A stretch of 64,000 bases of DNA from Longimicrobiales bacterium (GCA_965248195.1 CBDFIQ010000001.1:864001-928000), one strand, 5' to 3'; positions 29,551 through 39,848 are shown, counted from the stretch's first letter. The notes: generated by a model not told the origin, from the letters alone. Numbers and translations: made by a program.

Positions 29551-29600
29551 ATCATGCAGTCCTGCGGTGTAGGCTACTGAATCGGCTGTATATTATCCCA

Positions 29601-30761
29601 TCAGTGCCGGCGTAGGAAGAGTACTGCCGTGTTATCCGCGTTGGACCCTTTCGCCCCCCGGATGGCTTGCTGCACCGTTTCCACAACTTCTCCGGCGGCC
29701 CTAGTCGGCAACCTCGATAGGGCATCGACCGCCCCCCGAAAGAGTCCCTTGGAGCCCCCGGAAAGAACCAGCATCAGATCACCGGAGCCGATCGGGATCT
29801 TCAGTATCCCAGGCTGAAAGCCCGCCCTCATTCCGAGCGGTGGCCCATGGTCGAAAAACTCGTTGAAGGTACCGTCCGTGCGGAGGAGGGCGCACTGAAG
29901 GCCGCCCGCGTTGGACCAAAGCACGTGGTCGCCGTGCGGAACGAGCATCCCTGCCTCCACGAACTGAACACCGGAAGGGACCTGGTTGTGGTAGAGACTG
30001 TCGCCGACACGGGCGAGCAGCGTCTGTGGCGGCTCCCCGGCGAGGCTGAACTCGTTGCAGAGCGCTCGAGCGATCGCGACCTGATGCAAGGGCGGCACCC
30101 GATCTCCCTGCAGAGCCAGCGCCACCAGCCCGACCCGGTCGTCCGAGAAACGAAGTGCCTCCCAAGCACTCAACTCGATGCCGGACCGGTTCGGTGCCGA
30201 GCCCCCAGCGACATCGAAGCCATCCACCCTGGGAGCGTTCCGCTCAAAGCGGACCGAACGCCCCCCTCCACGAGCGCCCTCCCCGGGGCCCGCTTCGCCA
30301 CGCTCAACGTTGACGAAGCGAACCCCGAGAGCCCGGAGCGCTTGCGAAAGGATCCTAAGCATGCGGAGGGAAAAACTGTCGCCGCCCATCAGCCTCTCGA
30401 AGTCATCCCTCGACAGGGTCATGCATTCACATTCTCGAGCCACCCTTGCGGTGGCAAACCGCGGAGCATTATTCAAGAGAGCCATCTCTCCAAACGCGTG
30501 CCCGGCCCTCCGCACCGCCAATTTCTCCTCTCCTCCTCCGGGCACGTGCTTCACGATCTCAACAGCCCCCGCCGTCACGACGTAGAACCTGTCGTCCTCA
30601 TCCCCCTCCTCGAACAGCAGATCACCTGGTTCTGCCTTGATTCGCTTGACGATCCCAGCCAGCGCCCGTAGTTCTTCGTCCGGGAGGCCTTTGAAAAGGG
30701 CCGCACGGCGCAGGGACTCCATCCCGTCCTCAGGCGACAGATTGTCTTGCTCGGTGATCAA
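29601..30761 (-). CDS. Cyclic-nucleotide-binding domain + degenerate SpoIIE/PP2C-like domain
   Basis: LFEEGD, FGEMALL..PRFATA cNMP motif; C-terminal SNAG...GPPLGM...GDLMLVLS. Confidence 0.8.
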   Translation of the reverse strand: MITEQDNLSPEDGMESLRRAALFKGLPDEELRALAGIVKRIKAEPGDLLFEEGDEDDRFYVVTAGAVEIVKHVPGGGEEKLAVRRAGHAFGEMALLNNAPRFATARVARECECMTLSRDDFERLMGGDSFSLRMLRILSQALRALGVRFVNVERGEAGPGEGARGGGRSVRFERNAPRVDGFDVAGGSAPNRSGIELSAWEALRFSDDRVGLVALALQGDRVPPLHQVAIARALCNEFSLAGEPPQTLLARVGDSLYHNQVPSGVQFVEAGMLVPHGDHVLWSNAGGLQCALLRTDGTFNEFFDHGPPLGMRAGFQPGILKIPIGSGDLMLVLSGGSKGLFRGAVDALSRLPTRAAGEVVETVQQAIRGAKGSNADNTAVLFLRRH

Positions 30762-30985
30762 GTCAGCGGCCCTCTGAACGAGTCTTGCCGATTCGTCGAT
30801 CCAAAGTACGCGTCTGTGGAAGTCGTGGGAAAGGACGTCTGATCGGGCCGAGTGGGCTTGCCCGAGACGGTCCGCTCCCGGTGGCCGCCGATAAGGCGCT
30901 CGCCCAAATGGGTGGCCTGTCCATAAATTTCAGAAACGTTGCCAATCGCCACCCCTTCACCGGAGACGGGATCGCGGAGAACGCA

Positions 30986-31888
30986 ATGGACCAGGTCTCA
31001 CCAGCTACGACGATCGACGCAGGAAGCGAGCGCTCGGTAATCAAGGCTACCTGCTGGGGTACTCGGGGCTCCATCGCCAGCCCCGGCCCAGACACCGTCA
31101 GATTCGGCGGGAATACGCCCTGCCTGGAGGTCCGGATTCGGGATGGACGCCGCTTCATCTTCGACGCCGGCACCGGCATCCGCCCTCTCGGCGTGAGCAT
31201 GATGGGTGGAACCGGCACATCCGACGCCGTGATTTTTCTCACGCACTTCCACTGGGACCACATCCAGGGGTTTCCCTTCTTTCTGCCGCTTTATGAGCCG
31301 GACGCCTCGTTCCGCATCGTCGGCCCAGACCAAGAAAGCGCCGACGTCGAAAAGCTCTTCGCCACTCAGATGGCGCCGATCAATTTCCCGGTCCCCTTCA
31401 CCGCGCTCTCAGCCAGGAAGGAGTTCTCGAATCTCGACGGGGGCACGTGGGAAGACGACGGGTTCTGCGTCCGCGCCCTACGGATGAGGCATCCGTCGTT
31501 CACTGTCGGACACCGAGTGGATTATGGTGGGGTCTCGCTGGCATACATGCCAGACAACGAACTGGCCGGTGCGGGCTACGACGTGGGAAAGGGATGGCGG
31601 AAGCGCCTGGTAGATTTTCTCGGTGACGTGGACGTGCTGATCCACGATGCCATGTTCACCGAGGAGGAGTACGGGTCCAAAGCGGACTGGGGACACTCGA
31701 CTTTCAGCCAGACCGTGGAGCTCGCGCACGAGGCGGGCGCAAAGAGGGTCCTGTTCTTTCACCACGACCCCGGCCGGAGTGACCAGGAGCTGTCGGAGAT
31801 CGTCGACTCTCACAGAGGCGAAGCCGCAGCACGCGGCTACTCCGTCGAAATCGGCGCAGCGGCGGAGCGCGATGAAATCATCGGCTGA
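30986..31888 (+). CDS. MBL-fold metallo-hydrolase (putative cyclic nucleotide phosphodiesterase)
   Basis: WGTRGSI, GGNTPC, DAGTG, THFHWDHIQG, WGHST and FHHDP motifs. Confidence 0.9.
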   Translation: MDQVSPATTIDAGSERSVIKATCWGTRGSIASPGPDTVRFGGNTPCLEVRIRDGRRFIFDAGTGIRPLGVSMMGGTGTSDAVIFLTHFHWDHIQGFPFFLPLYEPDASFRIVGPDQESADVEKLFATQMAPINFPVPFTALSARKEFSNLDGGTWEDDGFCVRALRMRHPSFTVGHRVDYGGVSLAYMPDNELAGAGYDVGKGWRKRLVDFLGDVDVLIHDAMFTEEEYGSKADWGHSTFSQTVELAHEAGAKRVLFFHHDPGRSDQELSEIVDSHRGEAAARGYSVEIGAAAERDEIIG

Positions 31889-31900
31889 GAATCACGTCGA

Positions 31901-33832
31901 ATGAGAACGTTCTTCGTGTTCTCTCCCCGCGGCGAGGTCCCGGAGGTCCTTCACGCCCTGGGAGAGGGCGTCGACATCGTTGTAATCTCGGACCTGGCAG
32001 ATGTGGAAGCGGGCGGTCAACCCTCGGTGCTCATTCTCACTGCGGAATTGGCGGAAGGTGACCTGCTCGCGTTGGTGCCCAGGCACGTGACGGTTTTGAC
32101 GAAGGGTCCCGGGGCACGCGCCGCCGCCGACAGCATCGATCGCCTCTTCCTCGACCTCGATGACTTGAGCGGTGCAGAAGCACAACTCCGGGCGATACGT
32201 TCGGCCGCGCGCGCCTCCGCGACCGAGCTCGCCCGATCCCAGGCGGCTTCGCAGCTCGACGAGCTCCGCGGCGACCTCCGGGGGCTGAACGAGATCGGCA
32301 TGGCGCTCATGAGCGAGCGCGACCCAGACGTGGTCCTGGGGATGATCCTCACCGAAGCGAGACACCTCACACTCAGTGACGCCGGCAGTCTCTACCTCGT
32401 GGAGGAGGAAGAGGACGGGGCCAGGACGTTGCACTTCCTGCGTGCCCAGAACGACTCCCTCACTGACCTGCCGACGCCGCATTTTTCTCTGCCGTTGGAC
32501 GATACCAGCCTGGCCGGGTACGTGGCGTTTCACGGGCGGCCGCTGATCATCGAGGACGCCTACCACATCCCGAAGTCGGAACCTTACTCCCACAACCCAT
32601 CGATGGACCGGGAGCACGGATATCGGTGCCGATCCATGCTGATCGTCCCCATGAAGGATCATCGGGATGCCGTGGTCGGGGTGCTGCAACTCATCAATAA
32701 GAAATCGCATTCCGGGGCGGTCATCCGGAACGAGGCCTCCTCCAAGCAGCACGTCCTGGGTTACGAAGAGAGGGACGTGGAGCTGGTGCAATCTCTTGCG
32801 GGACAGGCCGCGGTTTCTATCGAGAACGCGCGGCTCTACAAGGACATCGAGAACCTTTTCGAGGGGTTCATCAAGGCGTCGGTGATTGCGATCGACCAGC
32901 GAGACCCGACGACTTCCGGTCACTCGGTGCGGGTGGCGACGCTCACCTGTGACATCGCCGAGGTCGCGGACCGGGCGAGCGATGGCCCCTTCCGGGACAC
33001 GAAGTTCTCGCGTGAGCAGATGAAAGAGCTGCGTTACGCCGGACTCCTTCACGACTTCGGAAAGGTCGGCGTGCGGGAAGATGTCCTGGTGAAATCCAAG
33101 AAGCTGCCCCCGGTGCTCCGGGAGCGGATCGACGCCCGGTTCGACCTCATTCGCCGGACACTCGAGTCGGATTTCCACAAGAAGCGGGCCGAGCACCTGC
33201 TCGAGCACGGCGATAACGGTTTCGAGGTATTCCTACAGAGCCTGGAAGTTGAGTACGAAAGCTCCCGGAGCCGGGTAGACCGGTTCCAGAAGGCCATTCG
33301 AGAGTCCAACGAGCCCAAATTGCTGCCCGAAGCGACTGCGGAAATTCTCAAGGACATCGCCACTACGACCTTCCGAGACTTCGAGGATCAGCAGGTGCCC
33401 TACGTCACGCCCGAAGAGCTCCGCTTCCTCTGCATTCCAAAAGGCTCCTTGGATCCAGACGAGCGGATTCAGATCGAATCCCACGTCACTCACACGTACA
33501 ACTTCCTCAAGCAGATCCCGTGGACCACCAACCTCGCCCAGGTAGCCAACATCGCACACGGGCACCACGAGAAACTCGACGGCACCGGCTACCCGAGGGG
33601 GATCCAGGCCAGCCAGATCGCGATCCAGACTCGCATCATGACCGTGTCGGACATTTTCGACGCGCTGACCGCGTCGGACCGCCCGTACAAAAAGGCGCTC
33701 TCGGCCGACAGAGCAATCAAGATCTTGGACATGGAGGCCAAGGCCGGTATGCTGGACCGCTCCGTGGTCGAGCTCGTCCTGGATTCCGACGTGTACCACA
33801 AGATCGTCGATACGGACTGGCGGGAGCTTTAA
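31901..33832 (+). CDS. GAF + HD-GYP phosphodiesterase
   Basis: GAF (SMLIVPM...GVLQLIN); TSGHSVRV, LLHDFGKVG, HHEKLDGTGYP and DRPYKKA motifs. Confidence 0.92.
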   Translation: MRTFFVFSPRGEVPEVLHALGEGVDIVVISDLADVEAGGQPSVLILTAELAEGDLLALVPRHVTVLTKGPGARAAADSIDRLFLDLDDLSGAEAQLRAIRSAARASATELARSQAASQLDELRGDLRGLNEIGMALMSERDPDVVLGMILTEARHLTLSDAGSLYLVEEEEDGARTLHFLRAQNDSLTDLPTPHFSLPLDDTSLAGYVAFHGRPLIIEDAYHIPKSEPYSHNPSMDREHGYRCRSMLIVPMKDHRDAVVGVLQLINKKSHSGAVIRNEASSKQHVLGYEERDVELVQSLAGQAAVSIENARLYKDIENLFEGFIKASVIAIDQRDPTTSGHSVRVATLTCDIAEVADRASDGPFRDTKFSREQMKELRYAGLLHDFGKVGVREDVLVKSKKLPPVLRERIDARFDLIRRTLESDFHKKRAEHLLEHGDNGFEVFLQSLEVEYESSRSRVDRFQKAIRESNEPKLLPEATAEILKDIATTTFRDFEDQQVPYVTPEELRFLCIPKGSLDPDERIQIESHVTHTYNFLKQIPWTTNLAQVANIAHGHHEKLDGTGYPRGIQASQIAIQTRIMTVSDIFDALTASDRPYKKALSADRAIKILDMEAKAGMLDRSVVELVLDSDVYHKIVDTDWREL

Positions 33833-33857
33833 CGGGAGGTCACATGGAGCCACCCTC

Positions 33858-34961
33858 GTGAAGATCGCTATCAACACGGGCGGCGGAGACGCACCCGGAC
33901 TCAACGCCGTGATTCGAGCCGTGGTCCTCTCGGCTACAAGGCTCGGGTGGAGCGTGTACGGGATCCGCCGAGGGTACCAGGGACTCTTCGAGGACGATGG
34001 CGTAGTCGACCTGACCCGAGGCTCCGTCCGTGGCATCACACACCTCGGGGGGACGATCTTGGGGACCACCAACCGCGGCAATCCCCTCAGTTGGCCCGTG
34101 GAGAGGGAGGACGGCACGGTCGAACTCGTGGACCGATCCGACGAGATCATCGAGGAATTTCGGCGACGAGAGCTGGACGCACTCATCGCAATCGGTGGTG
34201 ACGGCTCCCTCCAGATCGCTTCGGCGCTGTCCGAGAGAGGCCTCCCAATCGTGGGCGTCCCGAAGACGATCGACAACGATCTCGCCGCCACCGAGGTCAC
34301 CTTCGGCTTCCACACCGCGGTCGACACGGCCACCGACGCCATCGGCCGACTCCACTCGACCGCCGAGGCCCACGGTCGGGTCATGGTTGTGGAGCTCATG
34401 GGCCGTACAGCGGGGTGGATCGCCCTCTTCGCCGGAGTGGCGGCCACGGCGGACATCATCCTCATCCCTGAAATCCCCTACCACTTGGACGCGCTCTGTG
34501 CAAAGATCGAGGAGCGATACGAGGCGGGTTCGGGATTCGCCATCGTCGTGGCAGCCGAGGGCGCGTTCGAGGCAGGTGGATCCGCCACTTTCCAGGAGGG
34601 GGCACCGGGCGGCATGTCGGCTCGCCTGGGCGGCATCGCGGAAAAGTTAGCCAGGCAGATCGAGGAGCGCACCGGGCACGAGACGCGTTCACTCGTCCTC
34701 GGCCACCTCCAGCGCGGCGGGGAGCCCAACGCCTACGACCGTATTCTCGCGATCCGGTTCGGGTCTGCCGCCGTGGAGCTGGTGAGGGATGGATGCCTCG
34801 GGTGCATGGTCGCTCTGAGTCCACCGGAGGTCCTCGCGGTGCCCTTGGGGGAAGCCGTCGCCAAGCTCAAGCTGGTCCCGACCGACGGCGACCTGGTGAG
34901 GACAGCAAGAAGCATCGGGATCTCATTCGGAGACGAGCGACCTCCCAGCTCGGTACTGTGA
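33858..34961 (+). CDS. pfkA: 6-phosphofructokinase (group III type, GGDG + PKTIDND)
   Basis: TGGGDAPGLN, GGTILGT, GGDGS, PKTIDND, ELMGR and LGHLQRGG motifs. Confidence 0.95.
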   Translation: MKIAINTGGGDAPGLNAVIRAVVLSATRLGWSVYGIRRGYQGLFEDDGVVDLTRGSVRGITHLGGTILGTTNRGNPLSWPVEREDGTVELVDRSDEIIEEFRRRELDALIAIGGDGSLQIASALSERGLPIVGVPKTIDNDLAATEVTFGFHTAVDTATDAIGRLHSTAEAHGRVMVVELMGRTAGWIALFAGVAATADIILIPEIPYHLDALCAKIEERYEAGSGFAIVVAAEGAFEAGGSATFQEGAPGGMSARLGGIAEKLARQIEERTGHETRSLVLGHLQRGGEPNAYDRILAIRFGSAAVELVRDGCLGCMVALSPPEVLAVPLGEAVAKLKLVPTDGDLVRTARSIGISFGDERPPSSVL

Positions 34962-35101
34962 GGATCACGGGTGCCGGCCCCACGGCACGGAACCTCACCC
35001 GCGGCGGATCGCCGTTGAAAAATCGCGTCGCCGCCAGTAATCTCCTGATACGGTCTTAGCGCGGTGATTCGCGCCGCCAGGTTGCGCCCACCACTGCTGG
35101 T

Positions 35102-36835
35102 ATGACTAAAAAGCCGAATGCCAAAGCACGGGCCACGCGGAGCCTGCCACGACGCGCCCAGGCTATACTCGATACGATGCAGCTCGGCGTGACGCACGCC
35201 AACCCCGACGGAGAGATCCTCTACGCGAATCCGGCCGTGGCGCAAATGCACGGCTATGGAGTCGACGAGTTGGTGGGGAGCAATCTGAGCGTCTTCGGGG
35301 CATCGCGTGAGGAGGAACCGACGATCGTGGGCGGGTCCGACGGGCCAACCAGCTGGGCCAGTGAGCGCGTCCACAAGCGAAAAGATGGCAGTACGCTCGT
35401 CGTGCGGGCGCTGGCCGACGTGGTCAGCGGATCGGCGGGCGGAACGATAGTCACCAGTTACGAGGACATCACCGAACGCCGACAGGCTGAAGACGCGCTG
35501 CGGGACCGTCACGAGCGGGAGTCTCTCCACGCTGCGTTGCACGATCCGCTCACCGGCCAGCCGAACAAGCTCCTGCTGCTCGACTTGGTCGAGCAGGCGT
35601 TGGGCCGCTGCAATCGCCATGACGACTATTTGTGCGCGGTGATGGTTTTGAACCTCGATCGCTTCCACCTGGTCAACGATGGCCTCGGGCATACGGTGGG
35701 GGATCAACTCCTGATTGCTGTGTCGGAGCGACTGAAGCCGTGTTTCCGATCGGTCGACACGTTCGCCCGGATGAGCGGTGACGAGTTTGGAATCTTGTTG
35801 GATGACATCAGCGACGTCAGCGACACGCTTCGGGTCGCGGACCGCATCCAAGAACAGCTCGCGACGCCGTTCCAGTGCGGGAGCGAGGAGGTTTTCACCT
35901 CGGGGCGCTTGGGTATTGCTCTGAGCGCAACGGGATACGAGGGAGCGGAGGACGCGCTTCGCGATGCGATTCTGGCGCTTCACCGGGTGAAGAGCGGCAC
36001 GGCCGTCCGTCACGAAGTCTTCGACCCAGTGATGCATCGGCGCGCTCATGCCCGCATGGAGCTGGAAACCGACCTTCGATGGGCCATAGAGCGTGGGGAG
36101 TTTCGCGTGTTCTACCAGCCGATTGTGTCGTTGGAGGACGGTACGCTTACCGGCGTCGAGGCGGTGTTACGTTGGGAGCACCCCCGTCGCGGTTTACTCG
36201 AGCCATCCGAGTTCCTCCCGGTCGCGGAGGAGACCGGCATGATCATCCCACTCGGCTCGTGGGTGCTCGAGCACTCCTGCCGCCAAATGCGGGAGTGGCA
36301 TGAGGCGAGCTCGCGGAAATCACCCTTGTCCCTGAGCGTCAACCTGTCCAGGAAGCAGATCTTGTGGCAGGGCATCGTCCAACACGTAGCTAGTGTTCTC
36401 GAGGAGACGGGTCTCGACGGACGATCGTTGAGATTGGAGATGACGGAGGTGGCGATGATGGACGACGCCGATCCGATGCTCAGTGTACTCGCGGAGCTCA
36501 AGGAGTTGAAAGTCAACCTGGACATAGATGACTTCGGAGTCGGCTACTCCTCGCTGCGCTACCTCCACCTGTTCCCGATCGATTCCCTGAAGATCGACCG
36601 GTCCTTTATCGCGAACCTCCACATCCGCAGCGAATCCGAGGAAATGGTGCGTACCATCCTGGCGTTCGCCCGAAACATCGGCGTGAGCGTGGTCGCCGAG
36701 GGCGTCGAGACTCCCGACGAGCTGGCCGTCTTGAAGAAAATGAACTGCGGACTGGCCCAGGGGCACCTCTTTTCGAGGCCGCTCCCCCACGACCAAATAG
36801 CCGAGTTGCTCGGAAACCACCGTTACACGGTGTAG
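35102..36835 (+). CDS. PAS-GGDEF-EAL protein (probably a c-di-GMP phosphodiesterase)
   Basis: PAS; HDPLTGQPN, SGDEF; EAVLRW, DDFGVGYSS, LKIDRSF and AEGVE motifs. Confidence 0.93.
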   Translation: MTKKPNAKARATRSLPRRAQAILDTMQLGVTHANPDGEILYANPAVAQMHGYGVDELVGSNLSVFGASREEEPTIVGGSDGPTSWASERVHKRKDGSTLVVRALADVVSGSAGGTIVTSYEDITERRQAEDALRDRHERESLHAALHDPLTGQPNKLLLLDLVEQALGRCNRHDDYLCAVMVLNLDRFHLVNDGLGHTVGDQLLIAVSERLKPCFRSVDTFARMSGDEFGILLDDISDVSDTLRVADRIQEQLATPFQCGSEEVFTSGRLGIALSATGYEGAEDALRDAILALHRVKSGTAVRHEVFDPVMHRRAHARMELETDLRWAIERGEFRVFYQPIVSLEDGTLTGVEAVLRWEHPRRGLLEPSEFLPVAEETGMIIPLGSWVLEHSCRQMREWHEASSRKSPLSLSVNLSRKQILWQGIVQHVASVLEETGLDGRSLRLEMTEVAMMDDADPMLSVLAELKELKVNLDIDDFGVGYSSLRYLHLFPIDSLKIDRSFIANLHIRSESEEMVRTILAFARNIGVSVVAEGVETPDELAVLKKMNCGLAQGHLFSRPLPHDQIAELLGNHRYTV

Positions 36836-36915
36836 CTCGCTAAAAGCGCCTCGGGCGCTCGCTGAAGACGCCTCGGCGCTCTCGGTGGCTCGCGTCCCCT
36901 TTTCCGATCACCCTC

Positions 36916-38409
36916 CTAGAACATCGTGGGCGCCCGTAGTTCGGCGAGGGTCATTTCGTTGACCTGGTCGATCACGCTCAAGAAGGCCCGCGTTGCGCGC
37001 TCCATGCCCTCGGCTGGGACCAATTCGGGGGTATCCAGCGTCGTATGGTAGATGACGTGGTCGATGATATGAAACCCAGGTGCCTGGCTGGTCAGCTTGG
37101 GGCGGCCATCCATCACTGTGTAGAGCGATACGCCGAAGTCCCGCAGGGTACCGTTGACGATGTCGAGGAATCCAGGACTTCCCATCGCGTTCCACCGGAA
37201 GGCGCCGATGGTGTTCGAGGTCATCAGATCATCGTTGTACCAGTATAGCTGTGTTTGAGAGGGGTGCTCGAGAGTGAGTGCCATTGCCACGTTGTCCCAT
37301 TCGTAAGTCCGTTCCCAAGCCCTCACTCCGATCTCGCCGTGGTGATGATCAGGAAAAAGGACGAACAGAAACGTGCGTGGACGGTCCGCCTGCGGCATCG
37401 CAGCGTAGTGGCGAGCGATCTCGAGGGCGCTCGCCATACCGCTGGCGTTGTCCATCGAAGCCTGAAAGTACCCGTCGGTGTGAGCGGCAATGACGATTAC
37501 CTCGTCGGATGCTCCGGGCAATCTCGCGTATACGTTCGCTGTTGGGACGTTCTCCCGGATTTCGATGTCGAGCTTCAGGCGAATCTCCACCGTCTCGCCC
37601 GCACCCAGGGCATCACGCAAGGCAAACCCGTCATCCTGGCTGAGGGTGATCAGCGGAACGCCATAGTCGGCCGAGGGTGCGCCCAGCGGATTGAACTGGG
37701 CGTTGCCCGGAACGCCCATGACGTTGATGATCATCGCGGCGCCAAGCTGGGAGGCACGCGTATTCGCGCCGAATATGCCGGCCCGATCGCTCGCAGAGTG
37801 ACTGCGACCGCCGGGAACGAAAGTGCTGTAGATGATCACTGCCTTGCCCTCGACGTCCCGCCCCAGGAAGTCGGGTTCAGCGCCGATACCAACCCAGAGG
37901 GCCTCGGCGGTGATCCCCTCGGTTGGTGTAGCCGCGGTCTGACCCGCGGGAAATGCAGTCGGGAGTCCGACCGATCTCCCTCCCACCGAGTATGAGGCCT
38001 CCCAGAACGTCGGTGACCAGTCGCGCGGTATTGTGTGGGGCACTCGCTCTATCTCGAGGCCGAGCCTCTCGAACTCGCCGATCATCAGGTCCATGGTCAT
38101 GGCGTCGTACGGGGTCCCCGGAAGGCGACCCCAGTACATGTTGCCGGCCGCCTGACTCTGCAGTGAGATGGCCGAGATCCTCCGAACCCAGTCCTTCAAT
38201 CGGTCCCCACTGACGTCGGAATAGCCCATCTGATCGGGTCGAAGTGGCCAATCCGGATAGTCACTGTCGGGAATGAACAAGACATCCCCGTCTCGGGGCA
38301 GGCCCAATCCATACGTACTCCCGTTTTGTGATCCCGGCGTCTGCGCCATGGATGGGGCTGAGGAAAGCAGTGCCACCACGACGAGGGCGGGAATCGCTAC
38401 GCTTCTCAT
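36916..38409 (-). CDS. Secreted M28-family peptidase-like protein with PA domain (atypical active site)
   Basis: Signal peptide; AHTDG, DNASG and YHTTLD motifs; the EE motif is replaced by PDHHH. Confidence 0.78.
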   Translation of the reverse strand: MRSVAIPALVVVALLSSAPSMAQTPGSQNGSTYGLGLPRDGDVLFIPDSDYPDWPLRPDQMGYSDVSGDRLKDWVRRISAISLQSQAAGNMYWGRLPGTPYDAMTMDLMIGEFERLGLEIERVPHTIPRDWSPTFWEASYSVGGRSVGLPTAFPAGQTAATPTEGITAEALWVGIGAEPDFLGRDVEGKAVIIYSTFVPGGRSHSASDRAGIFGANTRASQLGAAMIINVMGVPGNAQFNPLGAPSADYGVPLITLSQDDGFALRDALGAGETVEIRLKLDIEIRENVPTANVYARLPGASDEVIVIAAHTDGYFQASMDNASGMASALEIARHYAAMPQADRPRTFLFVLFPDHHHGEIGVRAWERTYEWDNVAMALTLEHPSQTQLYWYNDDLMTSNTIGAFRWNAMGSPGFLDIVNGTLRDFGVSLYTVMDGRPKLTSQAPGFHIIDHVIYHTTLDTPELVPAEGMERATRAFLSVIDQVNEMTLAELRAPTMF

Positions 38410-38425
38410 GGGTCTTCTCCCCTGG

Positions 38426-39541
38426 TTACATCGGCATGAACATCGTCATGCCGTTAATTGAGACCTCACCGACGAAGATATGTCCGGCCGCATCCACCGT
38501 GACTCCTTCGCCGATCGTCCCATAAGGACTGTCGTTTTCGTGAGGGGGGATGAAGGCCTGGACCGAGCCGTCCCTCGCATTCCCGATGTAAAGTCCGCGC
38601 CGCATGCCAGGATTCCGCTCGTCCCCCGATTCCGAGTCGAGCACGTACATTGTGTCGTCCTCGTCGATGAATACGTCGTTCGGCCGCCCGAACTGGTCCC
38701 ACTCATCGAGGAAGTTGTAATGCTCATCGAAGACCTGGATGCGGCTGTTGCCGCGATCCGCGACGAACAGGCGGCCCTGCGAATCGAACGCCATCGCGTG
38801 CGCGATTCTGAACTGTCCGGGGCCGCTTCCGAACTCTCCGAAACTCCCTAGGAACGTGCCGTCACTGGAAAACCGGGATATCCGCCCGTGCGGGCCCGAA
38901 GCAGAGTGCCCCTCCGAGACCAGGATCTCGCCATTCGGCGCTACGATTACGTCGTTGGGCTGGTTGAGCGCCTCTGGGGGCTCGCCCGTCGTCCCTGGTG
39001 TCCCGATCACCATCAGGACCTCCCCCTCAGGACTGAACTTCACGACCTGATTACCCTTCTTCGCGGCATCCGGCGCCTCCTGGAGCTCTGCTTCCCGCGC
39101 CGCGCGACCGTCGGTGACCCAGACGTTTCCCGCATCGTCCACATACATTCCGTGGGGCCGCACAAACATACCGGCGCCGAAGCTGGCCAGGAGCGTGCCA
39201 TCGGTGGCGAAGCGCAGCACCGCCGGATCGTCCGATGTGACGCAGTTATCGCCACCGCACCGCTCGAACACCCAGATGTTCTCGCCGCCGGGGTCGACAT
39301 ATACCCCACTCACTCTGCCCCAGTCACGCCCTTCAGGGAGCACGCCCCAGTTACGATGAGTCATGTAGGGATTGGGAAGGCCGGTCGGCTCTAGCATCTC
39401 GCCAGGAGCGGACATGTCCGAGGAGCCGACGGGCGCCGAGGCGGCATTCGCGCCACCGGTCTCTGTCCCGCATCCGGCAACCGCCATCAGGTTGATCGCC
39501 AGCAAGATCGCAGAACCCCTGGTATAGGTAGGGACTGGCAT
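38426..39541 (-). CDS. NHL-repeat lipoprotein (peptidyl-alpha-hydroxyglycine amidating lyase-like)
   Basis: Lipobox VAGC; FVRPHGMYVD, NQPNDV, HAMAFD...VADRGNSRIQ NHL repeats. Confidence 0.82.
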   Translation of the reverse strand: MPVPTYTRGSAILLAINLMAVAGCGTETGGANAASAPVGSSDMSAPGEMLEPTGLPNPYMTHRNWGVLPEGRDWGRVSGVYVDPGGENIWVFERCGGDNCVTSDDPAVLRFATDGTLLASFGAGMFVRPHGMYVDDAGNVWVTDGRAAREAELQEAPDAAKKGNQVVKFSPEGEVLMVIGTPGTTGEPPEALNQPNDVIVAPNGEILVSEGHSASGPHGRISRFSSDGTFLGSFGEFGSGPGQFRIAHAMAFDSQGRLFVADRGNSRIQVFDEHYNFLDEWDQFGRPNDVFIDEDDTMYVLDSESGDERNPGMRRGLYIGNARDGSVQAFIPPHENDSPYGTIGEGVTVDAAGHIFVGEVSINGMTMFMPM

Positions 39542-39776
39542 CAGGTACCTCCCGATTCGTTGAACATTGTTGTTGAACACTGTTGGGCAACGGTCGCTCG
39601 CCCCGAGGGCCCGGCGACTCGTTTCCAGGGCGGCGGTTGCTCTCTTGCAGAGCCAAGGTTGCTGGTCAGGCGATTACCGGCAAGGAGGGCTTCCCTCACC
39701 GCCACCCCCGCCGTCCATCAGAGCGAAAATGCCGCCGCCGATCACAAAGAGGCCCGCAGCGTTGTGAGCGGCCTCG

Positions 39777-39806
39777 TTGACGGATGTCGGAGACGGCGCC
39801 TAAAAT
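39777..39806 (+). promoter_or_regulatory. Putative sigma70 promoter of PQQ gene 1
   Basis: TTGACG-N18-TAAAAT. Confidence 0.55.
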
Positions 39807-39848
39807 GGTGCGATTGCCCGTCCTTGCACCACTTCCGAGAGGCTTACG

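Noticed and set aside
31892..36049. Long antisense ORFs (31892-33208, 33233-34465, 34733-36049; similarly 22892-24055, 45430-46539, 48431-49549)
   Set aside because: Shadow ORFs opposite well-supported genes, expected in high-GC DNA; no recognisable motifs.
36838..36881. Imperfect tandem repeat (CGCTAAAAGCGCCTCGGGCGCT / CGCTGAAGACGCCTCGGCGCT) between convergent genes
   Set aside because: Two degenerate units only; most likely a weak terminator or REP-like sequence, not an array.
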